A stretch of 63,073 nucleotides of DNA, filler included, from Octopus bimaculoides (lineage: Eukaryota): NCBI RefSeq assembly GCF_001194135.2. It is 6 parts of 5 records of this genome, joined end to end, with 100 filler letters (N's around TTAATTAATTAA, not from the genome) between each part and the next. Parts side by side here need not be neighbours in the genome. Positions count along the whole stretch, not along the records: positions 1 to 15,090 come from NC_068998.1; positions 15,191 to 29,419 come from NC_068993.1; 4 more parts are not named here. The stretch is one strand, 5' to 3'. Position numbers and translations under genes: made by a program. The notes beneath the pieces were generated by a model, which was not told the DNA's origin, ran no database searches, and saw nothing but the letters and a program-made list of their open reading frames with translations. This document shows positions 13,562 through 27,420 of the stretch, piece after piece (positions within the stretch are counted from its first letter, which is position 1; every line of letters starts with the position of its first letter).

Positions 13562-15050
13562 GCTATATAAATACATATATACATACTTACATACATACAT
13601 ACATATGTATGTTTGTATGTATTTATGTACGTATATATTCCACATTATCCAGTCAAACAGTGAGTCACAGCACAATCGCTGAGTGAAAACTCCCAGACAC
13701 CCCAATCCACCTCTATCCATCTTGAAGAAAGAAAAAAAAGAAAGACATACTTGATACAATATAGTCCACTATGTATTCTCAGTAAACGACAGGTTTGTCA
13801 CGGATGGACTATAATTCATTATTAATAAGCCAGCTGACGATGGTTTGAATTGAGGGCAAGACAACATCAAATGCAACCACCAAGTGTCTTTAATACTTAT
13901 GTCTAATACCACAATTTTGAATCGTTCACAAACACATCTTCCTCGTCTATAGAGAAATCTATACTTTCTAAAAGTGTCATTAGTTATACACGTAAATCTT
14001 TAAATCTACAAATAAGCAGTCTTCTCTTTAGCTAGAATAAACATGGGTTTTCCTATAATTATAAATCCTATCTTAGGGACCGTTTCCCCTCTCACATCTA
14101 TCCCGACCCAACTACTAAAGATAAGATCCTAATGATATTCAATGAGGAAGCATATTAAACCATATATGATTGCGGCATCCTGGTGGCTACAGAATGTAGG
14201 AATGACTATAGGAAATAATATATATATATGTATATATATATACGTGCATATGTGCGCGCATGGCAATATAATGAAATTGTTTGTGGAGATAATGGAAGTA
14301 AACATTACATTTGTAAAAATGGTATAATCATTTCTAGATCACCATCTGATATTAAACAGCGCCATCACTGCAGCCACGATGAAATGGAATACATGCGATT
14401 TCTGCAATTGTGCATTTACAGTGCAAGATATACAAGTTCATACACTCGCACGCACACATATGCGCACGTAGACGCTCACACACATATGTATGCATGTATG
14501 TATATATATATTTATATATTTACATATATATATTCACGCTCACATATATATAGACACAGAAATATTATGCAATACAATTATACGTAGCTATATATATGTA
14601 TATATATAATGTATATAATATATACATACATATATATATATATATATACATAGGTATATATGTAGATATATATATATTATTTATATATATATATAATGTA
14701 TTTAATATATATATACATACATATATATATATGTATATATATGTGTAATTATGTATATATACATATGTATGCATATATATATATACATACATATTTGTAT
14801 ATATATATATATATATGTGTAATTTTGCATATATACATATGTACCTGTATGTATGCATATGTATGTGTGTGCGCGTATGATATTATATACATACTTACAA
14901 AGAGATTTATATGCATATGTACAGCTAAACGCATCTATATTTACAATAGGTGTATAATTATCAGCTCTGGCCTCCTCACTTACAATACATCTCAATAATA
15001 GATAGGTTGAATTATATGTATATATACATGCATATATATATATATATACA

Positions 15051-15090
<40 letters not shown>

Positions 15091-15134
15091 NNNNNNNNNN
15101 NNNNNNNNNNNNNNNNNNNNNNNNNNNNNNNNNN

Positions 15135-15146
15135 TTAATTAATTAA
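15135..15146. other. Assembly artefact: TTAATTAATTAA six-frame-stop linker in a 100-bp gap (44 N + 12 + 44 N)
   Basis: Identical geometry at five positions in the window. Confidence 0.95.
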
Positions 15147-15289
15147 NNNNNNNNNNNNNNNNNNNNNNNNNNNNNNNNNNNNNNNNNNNNTAGGAGGACG
15201 AGGAGAAGGATGAAAGAGAGGCGGCGGAGGTGAAATAGAGGAGAAGAAGGTGATACTGTTGTTTAGGTGCGGTCAGGATAGTGCCGCTA

Positions 15290-15774
15290 GTATTCGTGGT
15301 GGTGGTGGTGGTGGTGGTGGTGGTGGTGGTGTTTCGGCCGACACTTGGTGGAATGTTAATGAGATGGACAATATGAAGACGTAGCAACAACAACAACAAC
15401 AACAACAGCAGCAGCAACAGCAATAATACTATCAACTACAGTGGTGACAACTAGAACAACAATCACAACAGCAACAACTGCATCAACAACCATATCAACT
15501 TCGACAACAACAACAACAACAGCAACAACAGCTATATATGCTGCAACTGTCATAAATACATCTGCATCTTCTTCATTAACAATCACCATAATGAACATCG
15601 TGTCGTTAGCCATCATCCTCCCACTTCTGCTCCTACACGTCCTGACCCTACGTGTCATCATCGTCATCACTATTACCTTTATCGACATCACCATCGATAC
15701 CATCTTGATCTCTCTCGTCGTCACCATCGCAAACGTCGTCATCATCACCATCATCATCTTCATCATCATCATCA

Positions 15775-15805
<31 letters not shown>

Positions 15806-15934
15806 CATCATCGTCTTCACCGTCATCAACACCACCACCGCCATTACTACCACCACCACCACCTTCATCATCATCATCATCATAATCATCATCGTCGTCG
15901 TCATCATCGTCGTCATCATCATCATCATCATCAT
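15290..15934. repeat. Long compound triplet-repeat region (GGT, AAC, CAT, CGT, CAC)
   Basis: Directly visible; produces low-complexity T/I/V ORFs. Confidence 0.85.
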
Positions 15935-15944
15935 NNNNNNNNNN

Positions 15945-15988
<44 letters not shown>

Positions 15989-16227
15989 ATTAAAAATTGA
16001 CAAGGAGAATAACAATGCAGAGTCAGAAATGAAAACAGTGTAATTATTAGTTTGGCGCTCATTGAAATATGAAATTAGAAATGTCTTTGGCTCTTCAGTA
16101 AGTTTGGAAGAACGGAAAAGTTGGAAGAAATATACATAAAATGAGATAACTTAAAGACTGTCAGGACATACTGAATGTCGAATAAATGGCAGTGACAGAA
16201 TAAGAAGGTAAGTGGTTTCTTACGTAC

Positions 16228-16497
16228 AGGAGCAACTGGCACTCCGTTAGTTGAGCGGATGTGTGTACCAGTTGATCCGATAAACGGAAACAATCTGTAA
16301 GTGAAATTAACGTACAACTAGCTGATCACTCCACAGACACGTGTACCCTTAACATAATTCTCCAGGAAATACAGTGTGGTACAGGATGGCAGTTTGAGTT
16401 ACAGGTACCACTCATTTTTGCCAGATGAGTCGACAGGTGCAATGTAAAATAGAGTTTTGCTCAAGTGCACGACGTACCGCCAGGAACAGAACTCATG
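16228..16497 (-). mobile_element. SINE group C, decayed copy lacking a full head
   Basis: CTGGCACTCCG...GTTGATCCGATAAACGGAA...GTGAAATTAACGT...CCTTAAC...CTCATTTTTGCCAG matches 1773-2050. Confidence 0.75.
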
Positions 16498-16547
16498 TGT
16501 GTACACTTATGTAGGTGTGCGTATGTTTAAATATTCTTTTCTGTTTT

Positions 16548-16690
16548 AGGTACAACGCCCGAAATTTTTGGGGAAGGGGTCAGTCGATTAGATCGACCCC
16601 AGTACGCAACTGGCAATTAATTTGTCGACCCCGAAAGGATGAAAGGCAAAGTCGACCTAGGCGGAATTTGAACTCAGAATGTAAAGGCAG
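16548..16690 (-). mobile_element. SINE group B, 3' two-thirds
   Basis: Reverse complement of CTGAGTTCAAATTCC...GTCGACTTTGCCTTTCATCCTTTCGGGGTCGA...CTGGGGTCGATCTAATCGAC. Confidence 0.75.
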
Positions 16691-16818
16691 ACGATAGATA
16701 GATATATAGATAGATAGATAGATAGATCAAAACAGTGATCTATACATGTAACTTCCATGAGATGAGTTGAACGCCCTTTTTTCGTTTGTCTACTCACTCG
16801 TGTATTTATAAATATATT

Positions 16819-16872
<54 letters not shown>

Positions 16873-17065
16873 NNNNNNNNNNNNNNNNNNNNNNNNNNNN
16901 NNNNNNNNNNNNNNNNNNNNNNNNNNNNNNNNNNNNNNNNNNNNNNNNNNNNNNNNNNNNNNNNNNNNNNNNNNNNNNNNNNNNNNNNNNNNNNNNNNNN
17001 NNNNNNNNNNNNNNNNNNNNNNNNNNNNNNNNNNNNNNNNNNNNNNNNNNNNNNNNNNNNNNNNN

Positions 17066-17124
<59 letters not shown>

Positions 17125-18509
17125 CATATACATGTACATATATATATATAGATACATACATAGATGGATACATAAGTATATCTGTATCTACAATTGCAAT
17201 AAACACAGGTAGATAGAGACACATACATAACCTTACATCTTCATAAGTACGTACATACATCATACATACATGCATGATACGTGCATATATACATACACAA
17301 ACATACATACATACATGCAACCATACATACATTCAGCCATACATACATGCAGACATACATGCATGCTTAGTATGTGCCTGCAGAGAAGTAAAAATACTTT
17401 TTTTTCTCTTCTGAAATTATCCTTAAGTAAAGGAGGGACAAATTCTAAAGGAACCCCTAGAAAACCATTTTTGTTTCGGGTGCTTTTTATTAAGAAACTA
17501 GTCTACATGAATATATTGGCACCAGTAGATACACACATACATATATATATATATATACATTACATATATACATACGTCTATACATACATACATACGTCTA
17601 TACATACATACACATACATACATACGTATATACATACATATATACATATATACCTAAATATATATATATATATATATACTTACATATGCGTAGGTGTGTG
17701 TGTATTTGTATGTATATATANNNNNNNNNNNNNNNNNNNNNNNNNNNNNNNNNNNNNNNNNNNNNNNNNNNNNNNNNNNNNNNNNNNNNNNNNNNNNNNN
17801 NNNNNNNNNNNNNNNNNNNNNNNNNNNNNNNNNNNNNNNNNNNNNNNNNNNNNNNNNNNNNNNNNNNNNNNNNNNNNNNNNNNNNNNNNNNNNNNNNNNN
17901 NNNNNNNNNNNNNNNNNNNNNNNNNNNNNNNNNNNNNNNNNNNNNNNNNNNNNNNNNNNNNNNNNNNNNNNNNNNNNNNNNNNNNNNNNNNNNNNNNNNN
18001 NNNNNNNNNNNNNNNNNNNNNNNNNNNNNNNNNNNNNNNNNNNNNNNNNNNNNNNNNNNNNNNNNNNNNNNNNNNNNNNNNNNNNNNNNNNNNNNNNNNN
18101 NNNNNNNNNNNNNNNNNNNNNNNNNNNNNNNNNNNNNNNNNNNNNNNNNNNNNNNNNNNNNNNNNNNNNNNNNNNNNNNNNNNNNNNNNNNNNNNNNNNN
18201 NNNNNNNNNNNNNNNNNNNNNNNNNNNNNNNNNNNNNNNNNNNNNNNNNNNNNNNNNNNNNNNNNNNNNNNNTGTGTGTGGTGGTAGGTATGTTTGTGTG
18301 TATGTATATGTTTCTGTCTCGATTTGTTTCACTGTGTGTGATGGATATTATGCGTGACTTCTGTTGCTGTTGTTGTTGTTGTCGTCTCGTCTGTTAAATA
18401 TGGTTAATATGAGTTTTACTGCTGGAGGTAGGAATGATATTAATATTCAAGAAGACCATTTTTTCAAGTTCGAAATATCATCATCATCATCATCGTCATC
18501 ATCATCATC

Positions 18510-18556
<47 letters not shown>

Positions 18557-18939
18557 CATCAGTAGCATCGACAGCATAGCTCAACTCGTAATATCGTAAT
18601 TAGAGCAATGAGTTTAAGTAGCAATTAACTTCGGAAGAACGTTTAGACATAGAACCGCGTAGACATATACAGTGTATGTGTGTGTCTGTGCTTCTATGAG
18701 TGTATGTGTGGGTGAGTTTACGCGTTCACATATATATATATGTAACCGTAGTGTATGTATTTATGTATATCTATCTATATTCATATATCTGATATCCCTT
18801 GTGTTTTATATGTTTCAGTCATTAAACCGCGGCCGAGCTGGGGCTCCGGTTTGAAGAATTTTGATTGAACCACCCCAGTACTTTTATTTTTATTTTATAT
18901 TGTTCTTATATATGTATATATACATGTATGTGTGTGTGT

Positions 18940-19140
18940 ATGTTTGTGTCTGTGTTTGTTCTCCCAACATTGCTTGACAACCGATACTGGTGTGTTTACG
19001 TCCCCGTAACTTATCGGTTCGGCAAAAAATATCGATAGAATAAGTACTAGGCTTCCAAAGAATAAGTCCTGGGGTCGATTTGCTCGACTAAAAGGCGGTG
19101 CTCCAGCATAGCCGCAGTCAAATGACTGAAACAAGTAAAA
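18940..19140 (+). mobile_element. SINE group A, 3' half (other fragments at about 18800-18890 and 19245-19385, both minus strand)
   Basis: GTGTTTACGTCCCCGTAACTTA...GATAGAATAAGTACTAGG...GGGGTCGATTTGCTCGACTAAAAGGCGGTGCTCCAGCAT...TGACTGAAACAAGTAAAA. Confidence 0.85.
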
Positions 19141-19170
19141 CAGTATATATGTCTGTGTGAATAGATAGAT

Positions 19171-19243
<73 letters not shown>

Positions 19244-19721
19244 GGTTTCTTTTAGTTTTCGTCTACCAAATCCACTCACAAAGCTTTGGTCAACACGAGG
19301 CTATAGTAGAAAACACTTGCTCAAAGTACCATGCAGTGAGACTGAACCCAGAACCATGTGGCTGGGAATGTAAGCAAACCTCTTACTACACAGCCACGCC
19401 TGCGCCAATATGTGTGTGCGTATGTTTGTGTGGTGTGTGCATGTGTGTGTTGTGTGGTGTGCATGTGTGTGTTGTGTGGTGTGTATGTGTGTGTTGTATG
19501 TGTGTGTTTGTGTGTGTGTGTGTCTGATCGCAGTCAACTGACGTCGATTACACGGAACTTTTCAATACAGTCATATGATTTTGTTTCACGTGCATATTAC
19601 ACAGAAACACAAATGCGCGCACATATACACACATATATACACGCATATGCACACACATATACACACACTCGTTGTATACATTCACAGCAACTCAAGAGGA
19701 GAGAGGGGGAGAAAGTGAAAG

Positions 19722-19760
<39 letters not shown>

Positions 19761-20350
19761 AAAATAAATGGAGAAAGTGTTATTTGAACTCGATAATGTG
19801 TGGGAATGCAAAAATTATAAAATTAGTAATTTTAATATTCGACGTATGAAAAGACAAGCAAATTTGGTGTCCATATGTTAGAGATATAGAAAGCTATATG
19901 CATATAACGACTTAGGCTTGGTTACTTCCGTTTAGCAACTTCAAGTAAAGACGCCATTAACTAATCCCTTCTGAGAATCTTATCAGATAAGATTTATAAA
20001 GCGATAAACAACGAAATATTTAATGTCATTTTAATTGCATTACACCACATCCGCTTGATATTCATTTTATAAATTTTCGTATTTGACGATTTTCATTTCA
20101 CATGTGATATTTGCTAAGTTGGTTGTCTGCTTTTGCTGTTTGCATACGCGACGTATCTCCACACAGAGAATATTGTGGATTTGGCTTATGTTCGTATGTT
20201 TGGTCTTGTTTAGATCTTAATTATTGGCCAATGTTCGGGCCGGTACAGTAGCCCTGTGTTATGGTGAAAGTTTTGAATGCTTTGGATTTGGTGACAAACT
20301 TCAAATAGGTGCGGGGCATGGATGGTTGCGTTCCTAAGAAGTTTCTTGGT

Positions 20351-20432
<82 letters not shown>

Positions 20433-22496
20433 GTCTGTTCAGTTTTAGTCGTAACCGACTCACTCCGGAGCAATGAAAGATGTATTGATGATCTTCAGAT
20501 TTGAACTAAGAACGTAAATGACCATAAGTAAAAAGCTGTTAGTATTTTGTCTAACGTTGTAGCCATTCGGACAACTCACTCACTAGAAACAGCAGCCAAA
20601 CGTTAATTCACATTACACCGAAATATTTTAAACATGAATGTAGCCATGATGTGATTCGTAGATAAGAACTATCAACGCAAGGAAACAGCATTGGAAGGTT
20701 TTTAATCATAGGTTTGACAAATCACCACCGACCTAGGGTTAAATAACAACCCGTCAAACAAATAAAAAACAAAGCAATAACAACAATATACAGTCAATTG
20801 TTTTCATTGTGTTTGGTTAAAGGAAAACTCAAAAGTTTTTCTTGTGTTGCCACTGTTTCATGTTTTTTTTTTTTGCGTTGCAATCGTAAAACAACATGGT
20901 CATATTTGTGTAGCTTCGTCTATGAAAACGTAATGTGTGTGTGTGTGTGTGTGTGTGTGTGCCGGCTCTAGAGAGAAAGAGAGAGATATACAAAGAGAGA
21001 AAGAGAGAGAGAGACAGTAAATGATATATAGCGATTAATTGCGTGAGGAATGGGTTGAGGTAAACGGTGTGCTGCTGAGGGATATATGAGGTGTTATAAC
21101 TTGCACAAAGGAAGGAATCCAAGTTGAAGTGTAGGTAGGTAGGGTGAGAGATTAAATCAAACTGTATACAAATATATACATGTGTGTGTGTGTGTGTGTG
21201 TGTATGTGTGTGTGAGTGTGTGTGTGTGTGTGTACAGACATGTCGGACTGAGAGGCAGACTGACAGACAGGCATATACAAGTGCGTGTTTGTACGTATTG
21301 AGACACGCATGTATGTTTGTATGTATTGAGATGCGACAAACAAACAGACAGATAGACATACAGAGGAACAAAAAGAAAGAGGCGTGTTCAGCCTAGTTCT
21401 TATGTGTTATATATACATGTATATATATGTGTGTGTGCGTGTGTGCGTGTATGTATATGTATAAATATGAATGTATGTTATGGATATATATGTATATATC
21501 TATGTATATATATGTATATATGTTATGGATATATATGTATATATACATGTACATACATGTGTATTTATATGTATTTACATATATATATATACATGTATGT
21601 ATATATATATATATATATATGTATGTTACATATCTATATATGTATATAAATATATATATATATATATACTTACATACATACTTACATATATACCTACATA
21701 CATATATATACATATCTATATAATATATATATACATATGTATATATGTGCGGGTGGGGTGTACATATATGCATGTAAGTATGTATATGAGCATACTTACG
21801 TATACTGAGTTGGATTAAAGAAAAATGAAAGACAGAGGGAGCTACAGAAACAATATTGAAAGTGAGAGAGCGAAGAAAAGAGATTGTGAATGAAAGACCG
21901 AGAAATCTTGTGAAAGAGAGGGATATATATATATGTATACATATATATATATATAGAGAGAGAGAGGGGAGATGGAGGAGTGAAAGAAATGAAAACTAAT
22001 GAAAATAAGGACAACGTACAATACCAATAGTAATAACAATAACAACAACAATAATAATAATAATAACAACAACAATAACAACAACAACAATAATAATAAT
22101 AATAAAATTACGAACAATGCATATTATAAAAATGGCTCTGAACGGCATTTCGCTCGATTGTAAGAAATTCTAGTGTTTTCTCTGTATTATTTGAGAAAAC
22201 TTAGAAAAACAATAACACGAATAGACACAAGGGAGAGAAGAGAAGAGATAAGAGAGAGACAGGAGGATGAGGCGAAGGAGGAGGAGGAGGGAAAGAAGGA
22301 GGAGAAAAGACGAAGGAAGGAAGGAAGGAAATATAACGGGCAGTTATAAAGAACGCATGAATAAACACGTAAAATATGTGGAAATATAAGTAAAAATATA
22401 TTGACAATATTTTGTGTTTGGCTGGTTATTTGTATATAAGGTTTATATTTTGATGTTTTTTTTTTCTTGATTTCGTTATTATTATAATTGTTGTTG

Positions 22497-22527
<31 letters not shown>

Positions 22528-22684
22528 CATTGCTGTTGTTTTTGTTGTTGTTGTGGTTATTTTGCCCACTTTGATTGAACGCTGATTTCCATAACGTGCT
22601 ATTTTAATAAACCTATAAAGAATAATTTACATGGCTTCTCAAGTATGGAAACACCCCATTTGCTCACCTTTCTTCTTTATCAAC

Positions 22685-22773
<89 letters not shown>

Positions 22774-23021
22774 GTTTTACTTTATTTTTTTTTCCTGTTG
22801 TGACGACGTTCTATAAACATGCTTGTATATACATTTGTTTGTATATGTGTACCTGCGCGGTACTGTATTATGAAAGTATGATGTGAAATTATGATATCTA
22901 TGTGTAAACATGCGTACGTACATACACACATGCACACATGTATATATATATGTGGGGGGGGGGTATGTATATGCATGTTTGTGTGTATGTATATATATAT
23001 ATATTTATATATATTATTTAG

Positions 23022-23400
23022 ACAATAACAACCGACAAAAAGACCTATATTGGACTATGTGAAGGCGACTTCAAAAATCGCTATGCTAACCACATACCTT
23101 CCTTCCGACACAGCCTTATATTTTAGGGTCACAGGAGAAACAACTTTAATTCCTCCCTCTTTTTGCTTCTTTCTGTTTTCTTTTTCGTTTTACGGTTTTT
23201 CAACCTTCCACTTTTTATATCCACTTCCTACTCGCAATTTCCCGTTTTTTCACTCATCCTATCGTCCTATTTTTACCTTGTTATACCATGTAGGTAGTGC
23301 CTGAAGATTGCGCTGAGACACCAAACGTGTTAAAAATACTGTCTGGCATGATTCCATCGCATGAAACTAATAGTAGCACAGGGAACAGTCCTTAATATTT
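23022..23400 (+). mobile_element. Internally deleted Penelope-like element: GIY-YIG endonuclease fragment plus downstream hammerhead motif
   Basis: From 23022 reads TITTDKKTYIGLCEGDFKNRYANHIPSFRH, a YIG..E..FK.RY.NH..SF pattern of PLE endonucleases. HHR at 23297-23379. Confidence 0.7.
23297..23379 (+). ncRNA. Type I hammerhead ribozyme motif with extended helix II
   Basis: Helix I GTGC/GCAC; CTGAAGA 23301-23307; helix II TGCG/CGCA closed by a U-U pair around a ~45-nt insert; GAAA 23363-23366; helix III ACT/AGT; GUA triplet, cut after 23375. Confidence 0.55.
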
Positions 23401-24139
23401 ACCCCTGCACTTGACAAATGCCAACGTGATGTTAAGCCAGAATATATGAGGAAATCTAGGGCCAAACTTTATCTTGACTTACACGATAATGGAAAGGCAG
23501 TTGTAACTTGCTGAATAGTGTCTGCCGCACCCAAATTTTGTCGTCGGCCATTTTATCATCTTGAAGCTAATCCAGGTGAAGTTAAACTGTAGGTAATCTT
23601 CCAAATGCATGGTCAATACCTTGATGATGGGCTGTGGTTCTGTGACGAACTGAGGGCAATGATAATCGACGAAATATCTGGCAATTTTGTGATATTATCC
23701 AATGGAACTGTAAGTTGTAGTTAGTAGATGTTCATGATGATAATAATGACGAAGAGGACAACGATAACGACAATGAGGAGGAGGAAGAGCAAGAAAAAGA
23801 AAGAAAATATCACTTGGGAACAGCTTGGCCGTCAAAGCTTAATCCATTCACAACGTGCCAGATTCACAGTCTTGTCATACTCAAATGATATTATTGGTGC
23901 TTTCGCATCGCCGAATACTGGATTTTGGATGAGTTCGTGATAGTATTTTGCTAAAAATATCTGTTAGCTGGCAAACCAACCTTCCATGCTGATTGCAAGG
24001 AGCCATAAGTTCCGAAGCGGAAGTAATTATTAGTTAATGAAAAATCAATATTTATCAATAACTAATATTATTTTAATTATTTGAGCATGTACGGCTGGTA
24101 GCTCCAGAGGTGTTTTGAAATTATTATGGACGAGTCAAG

Positions 24140-24350
24140 GACGATGAGCTGGTAAAATTTGTTAGAGCGTTTGGAAAAATAATATGCGATAGTTATTGAG
24201 GCCTTTTAAGTTCCGAGTTCAATTCCTACCGGGATCGAGTCTGCCTTTCACATCTCTGGAGCCGACAAAATAAGATATCAGTCACGTACTACGGTCGATG
24301 GTATAGATTACTGTCCTCCCTCTCAAAATTGCTGGTGTGATGTCTAAATA
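24140..24350 (+). mobile_element. SINE group B, old copy
   Basis: GATGAGCTGGTAAAAT...CCGAGTTCAATTCC...CTGCCTTTCA...AAATAAG...GGTCGATG, collinear with 42300-42500. Confidence 0.65.
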
Positions 24351-25929
24351 GGAAACAATATTTACACTTGCCTCAGTTAAGCAGGTACTGTAGGATGTGT
24401 ATCGAAGTTGAGATTGAGAGACAAGTAAGTAAATGTAGAGAATGCTACAATTGTTGGTGTAGGTAGATACAATTGTGTACACAATGAATAATCTAGAAAC
24501 CAAGAAATATTTAACATTATTTTGTTTTCTTATCTACAAGAGAACGTTAATATAGTTGATTTACTAGCTAGAATTTTCTGGAAAATCTTTTTTCAAATCA
24601 GACCCTACAGTGACAAACGAAAGAAAAAACTGGATAATGTAACTTAAGATATCTCTAAAAATAAGGGCTTGTATTTCTTGGAATGCCTTGCATGATAGGG
24701 TTATTCAACCAAGGCTGAAATAGGGCGAAATAACAATGCTAACAATGACACCAGCAACCATTTCGGTTAACTGCAAGTAGTGTAACCTCGTTGTCGGGGT
24801 AAAAGCAGAGCTATATTGTTTTCTTAATGCCAGTATAAGAAAAAGATACTGTAAGCGTTTGGAGTCATAAGTCTCAACCAAACAGGTTACAAATGTAATA
24901 AAAAAAGACGCAAATTTTAAAACAAACAGAACAATAAATACAATATTACAGAAGAAATTCAAACAGAACACAGAAAAACAAGCTTAAACAGATATTTTTT
25001 TTTTTGTTGCGGTGATGGTTTTATATCAAAAGGAATCCATTGCTACTTAAAAACTATCTCTTTCTATCCCTCAACTCATTGATGTGTTGTTCCACTCTAC
25101 CAGTTATTTTGCAAACACCAACTACCAGGGATCTCTGCTTCAACATCAAAGAGACATTTTCTCAAAGAGTTGATGTCATCGCTTCGTCACCAAGAATGGA
25201 TTTGTTCAGCTTTTGTTCCATATTTTTGCACTTTTCTTTTTGTTATTGTTATTGTTTCGCGGAACGTAATATTTTATCATGTATCCGATTTATGTATATT
25301 TTCAGGAAAGCGAGAACGTATCATTGCTTGTCTGTGAAAACGTATATATGCGTGTTAAAACATGACACACACGCACGCGAAAACACACGTACACACACAC
25401 ACACACACATGCAGACGCACACACACACAGATAAATATAGATATAGCTCACTCTGTCGCTCTCTGTCAGTCTCTCTCTCTGGATATATATGTATGTGNNN
25501 NNNNNNNTATAGAGTTATTAATATTTCTAAGTCTCTCTAAAGGAGACTACGGCAGCGGTACTGGAAATTAATAGTTATCGCCAAGCCAACATGGCAGTCC
25601 CAAAATTAGGACGAAAGCTGCCGTGAATTAGCTCCAAGAAGCCATCGCCTCTAGCTAGCTATGTGACACACGAAACCTGTGTCCTTTATAACCTTCGAAC
25701 AGGGGAGGTCAGCAGTGTCCCCCTGCTGGTTTGGCATCTGCAGACTAGACTAGTTTCAGGGTGTTGCCCCTTGTCAATGCAGAGTAACTTGATACAAACA
25801 CACACACACACACACACACATACATACATACTCAATGGCACATCTGTATGTATGTGTAAATGTGTTGAGTTCCTTCATTGTAAAGGGAAAAAAATCATCT
25901 CATCTATTTTGCTTGTTTCGGGGTGGAAA

Positions 25930-26051
25930 AAGCAGCAGCGGCATTATGATCATCATCATCAGCAGCAGCATCAAAAACAGGAACTGCAGTAACAGCAGCG
26001 ACAGCAGAAATAGCAGCAGCAGCTACAGTAGTGGCGGTAGCAGCAGAAGCG

Positions 26052-26124
<73 letters not shown>

Positions 26125-26132
26125 CAGTAGTG

Positions 26133-26190
<58 letters not shown>

Positions 26191-26200
26191 TAGTAGCAGC
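25930..26200. repeat. (GCA)n/(GTA)n triplet tract
   Basis: Directly visible; source of the poly-S/T/V/Y ORFs. Confidence 0.92.
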
Positions 26201-26405
26201 AGTCCAATCACGTGTAGGTATTTCAATCTTAAGAGATATCGTCAGTGCCATAGTGCATTATATAATTTCAGGACATTTTTCTTCTTTTTTTTTCTTACTC
26301 TGTATTCCCGAGCGTCAAACTAATACATCCTTTTGTTGTTTACACCACCTACCCTCGTCTGTTGTTTTTTTTCGTACATTGTCCCATATATATATATATA
26401 TGTGT

Positions 26406-26443
<38 letters not shown>

Positions 26444-26674
26444 NNNNNNNNNNNNNNNNNNNNNNNNNNNNNNNNNNNNNNNNNNNNNNNNNNNNNNNNN
26501 NNNNNNNNNNNNNNNNNNNNNNNNNNNNNNNNNNNNNNNNNNNNNNNNNNNNNNNNNNNNNNNNNNNNNNNNNNNNNNNNNNNNNNNNNNNNNNNNNNNN
26601 NNNNNNNNNNNNNNNNNNNNNNNNNNNNNNNNNNNNNNNNNNNNNNNNNNNNNNNNNNNNNNNNNNNNNNNNNC

Positions 26675-27060
26675 TTGATAACCTCTTTTGGAGTGGTTAC
26701 GTCCCTGTAAATTAGCAGTTCAGCAAGAGACACCGGTGGAATCAGTACTACACCTGGGGTCGATTCATTCGACCAAAACCATTCGTGACGCTGCTCCAGC
26801 ATGGTCGCAATCAAATGACTGAAACAATCTGGATGACAGCCTGCACATAAGATCACACACACACACACACGCATACACACACGCACACACACACAAAAGT
26901 ATATATGTGAACCGCTTGACAACGGCAATTGGTTTCTTTATGTCGCCGATAGAGAATCTGAATGATTGTAGAAACTAAGTCCTGTGGTCGATTCGACCAT
27001 AACCTGGAAGATGGTACGCCAGAACGGCCAAAAAAGTAAAAGATAAAATATGAAAGATAT
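26675..27060 (+). mobile_element. Two decayed SINE group A 3' portions
   Basis: TTACGTCCCTGTAAATTAGCAGTTC...GGGGTCGATTCATTCGAC...GCTCCAGCATGGTCGCAATCAAATGACTGAAACAA, and a second degraded copy from about 26905. Confidence 0.6.
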
Positions 27061-27070
27061 CTATGTGCAT

Positions 27071-27420
27071 GAAGGCGCATGGCTCAGTGATTAGAGGGTC
27101 GGGCTTACAGTCGCGAGTTAGCGAGTTCGAGTCTCAGACCGGGCTGTGTGTCGTGTTCTTGAGCAAGACACTTTATTCCACGTTGCTCCAGTTTATTCAT
27201 CTGTAGAAATGAGTTGCGACGTGACTGGTACCAAGCTATATCGGCCCCTTTGCCTTTCCCTTGGATAACATCGGTGGTGTGTAGAGAGGAGGCTGGTATG
27301 CTTGGCCGATTGCTGGTCTTCTATAAACAACTTTGTCTGGACTTGTGCCTCGGAGGGGAAATTTCTAGGTACAATCTCATAATCATTCATGACCAAAGAG
27401 GGGTCTTTACCCTTTACCCT
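27071..27420 (+). mobile_element. tRNA-headed SINE (group D), near full length
   Basis: GAAGGCGCATGGCTCAGTGATTAG (A box)...GAGTTCGAGTCTC (B box); core GTGTTCTTGAGCAAGACACTTTATT.CACGTTGCTCCAG shared with group C; tail TTTACCCTTTACCCT. A fragment recurs at about 39785-39935. Confidence 0.8.

Noticed and set aside
15356-16043. 200-aa T/I/V-rich and M/V-rich ORFs resembling mucin or membrane proteins
   Set aside because: Antiparallel readings of compound triplet repeats, open on both strands, with no domain signal or splice context.
20207-20340. Possible exon after a pyrimidine tract (TTGTTTAG at about 20213)
   Set aside because: Stops in all frames before a convincing donor; no recognisable protein.
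25835-26323. Poly-Ser/Thr/Val/Tyr ORFs
   Set aside because: All frames derive from one (GTA)n/(GCA)n tract.
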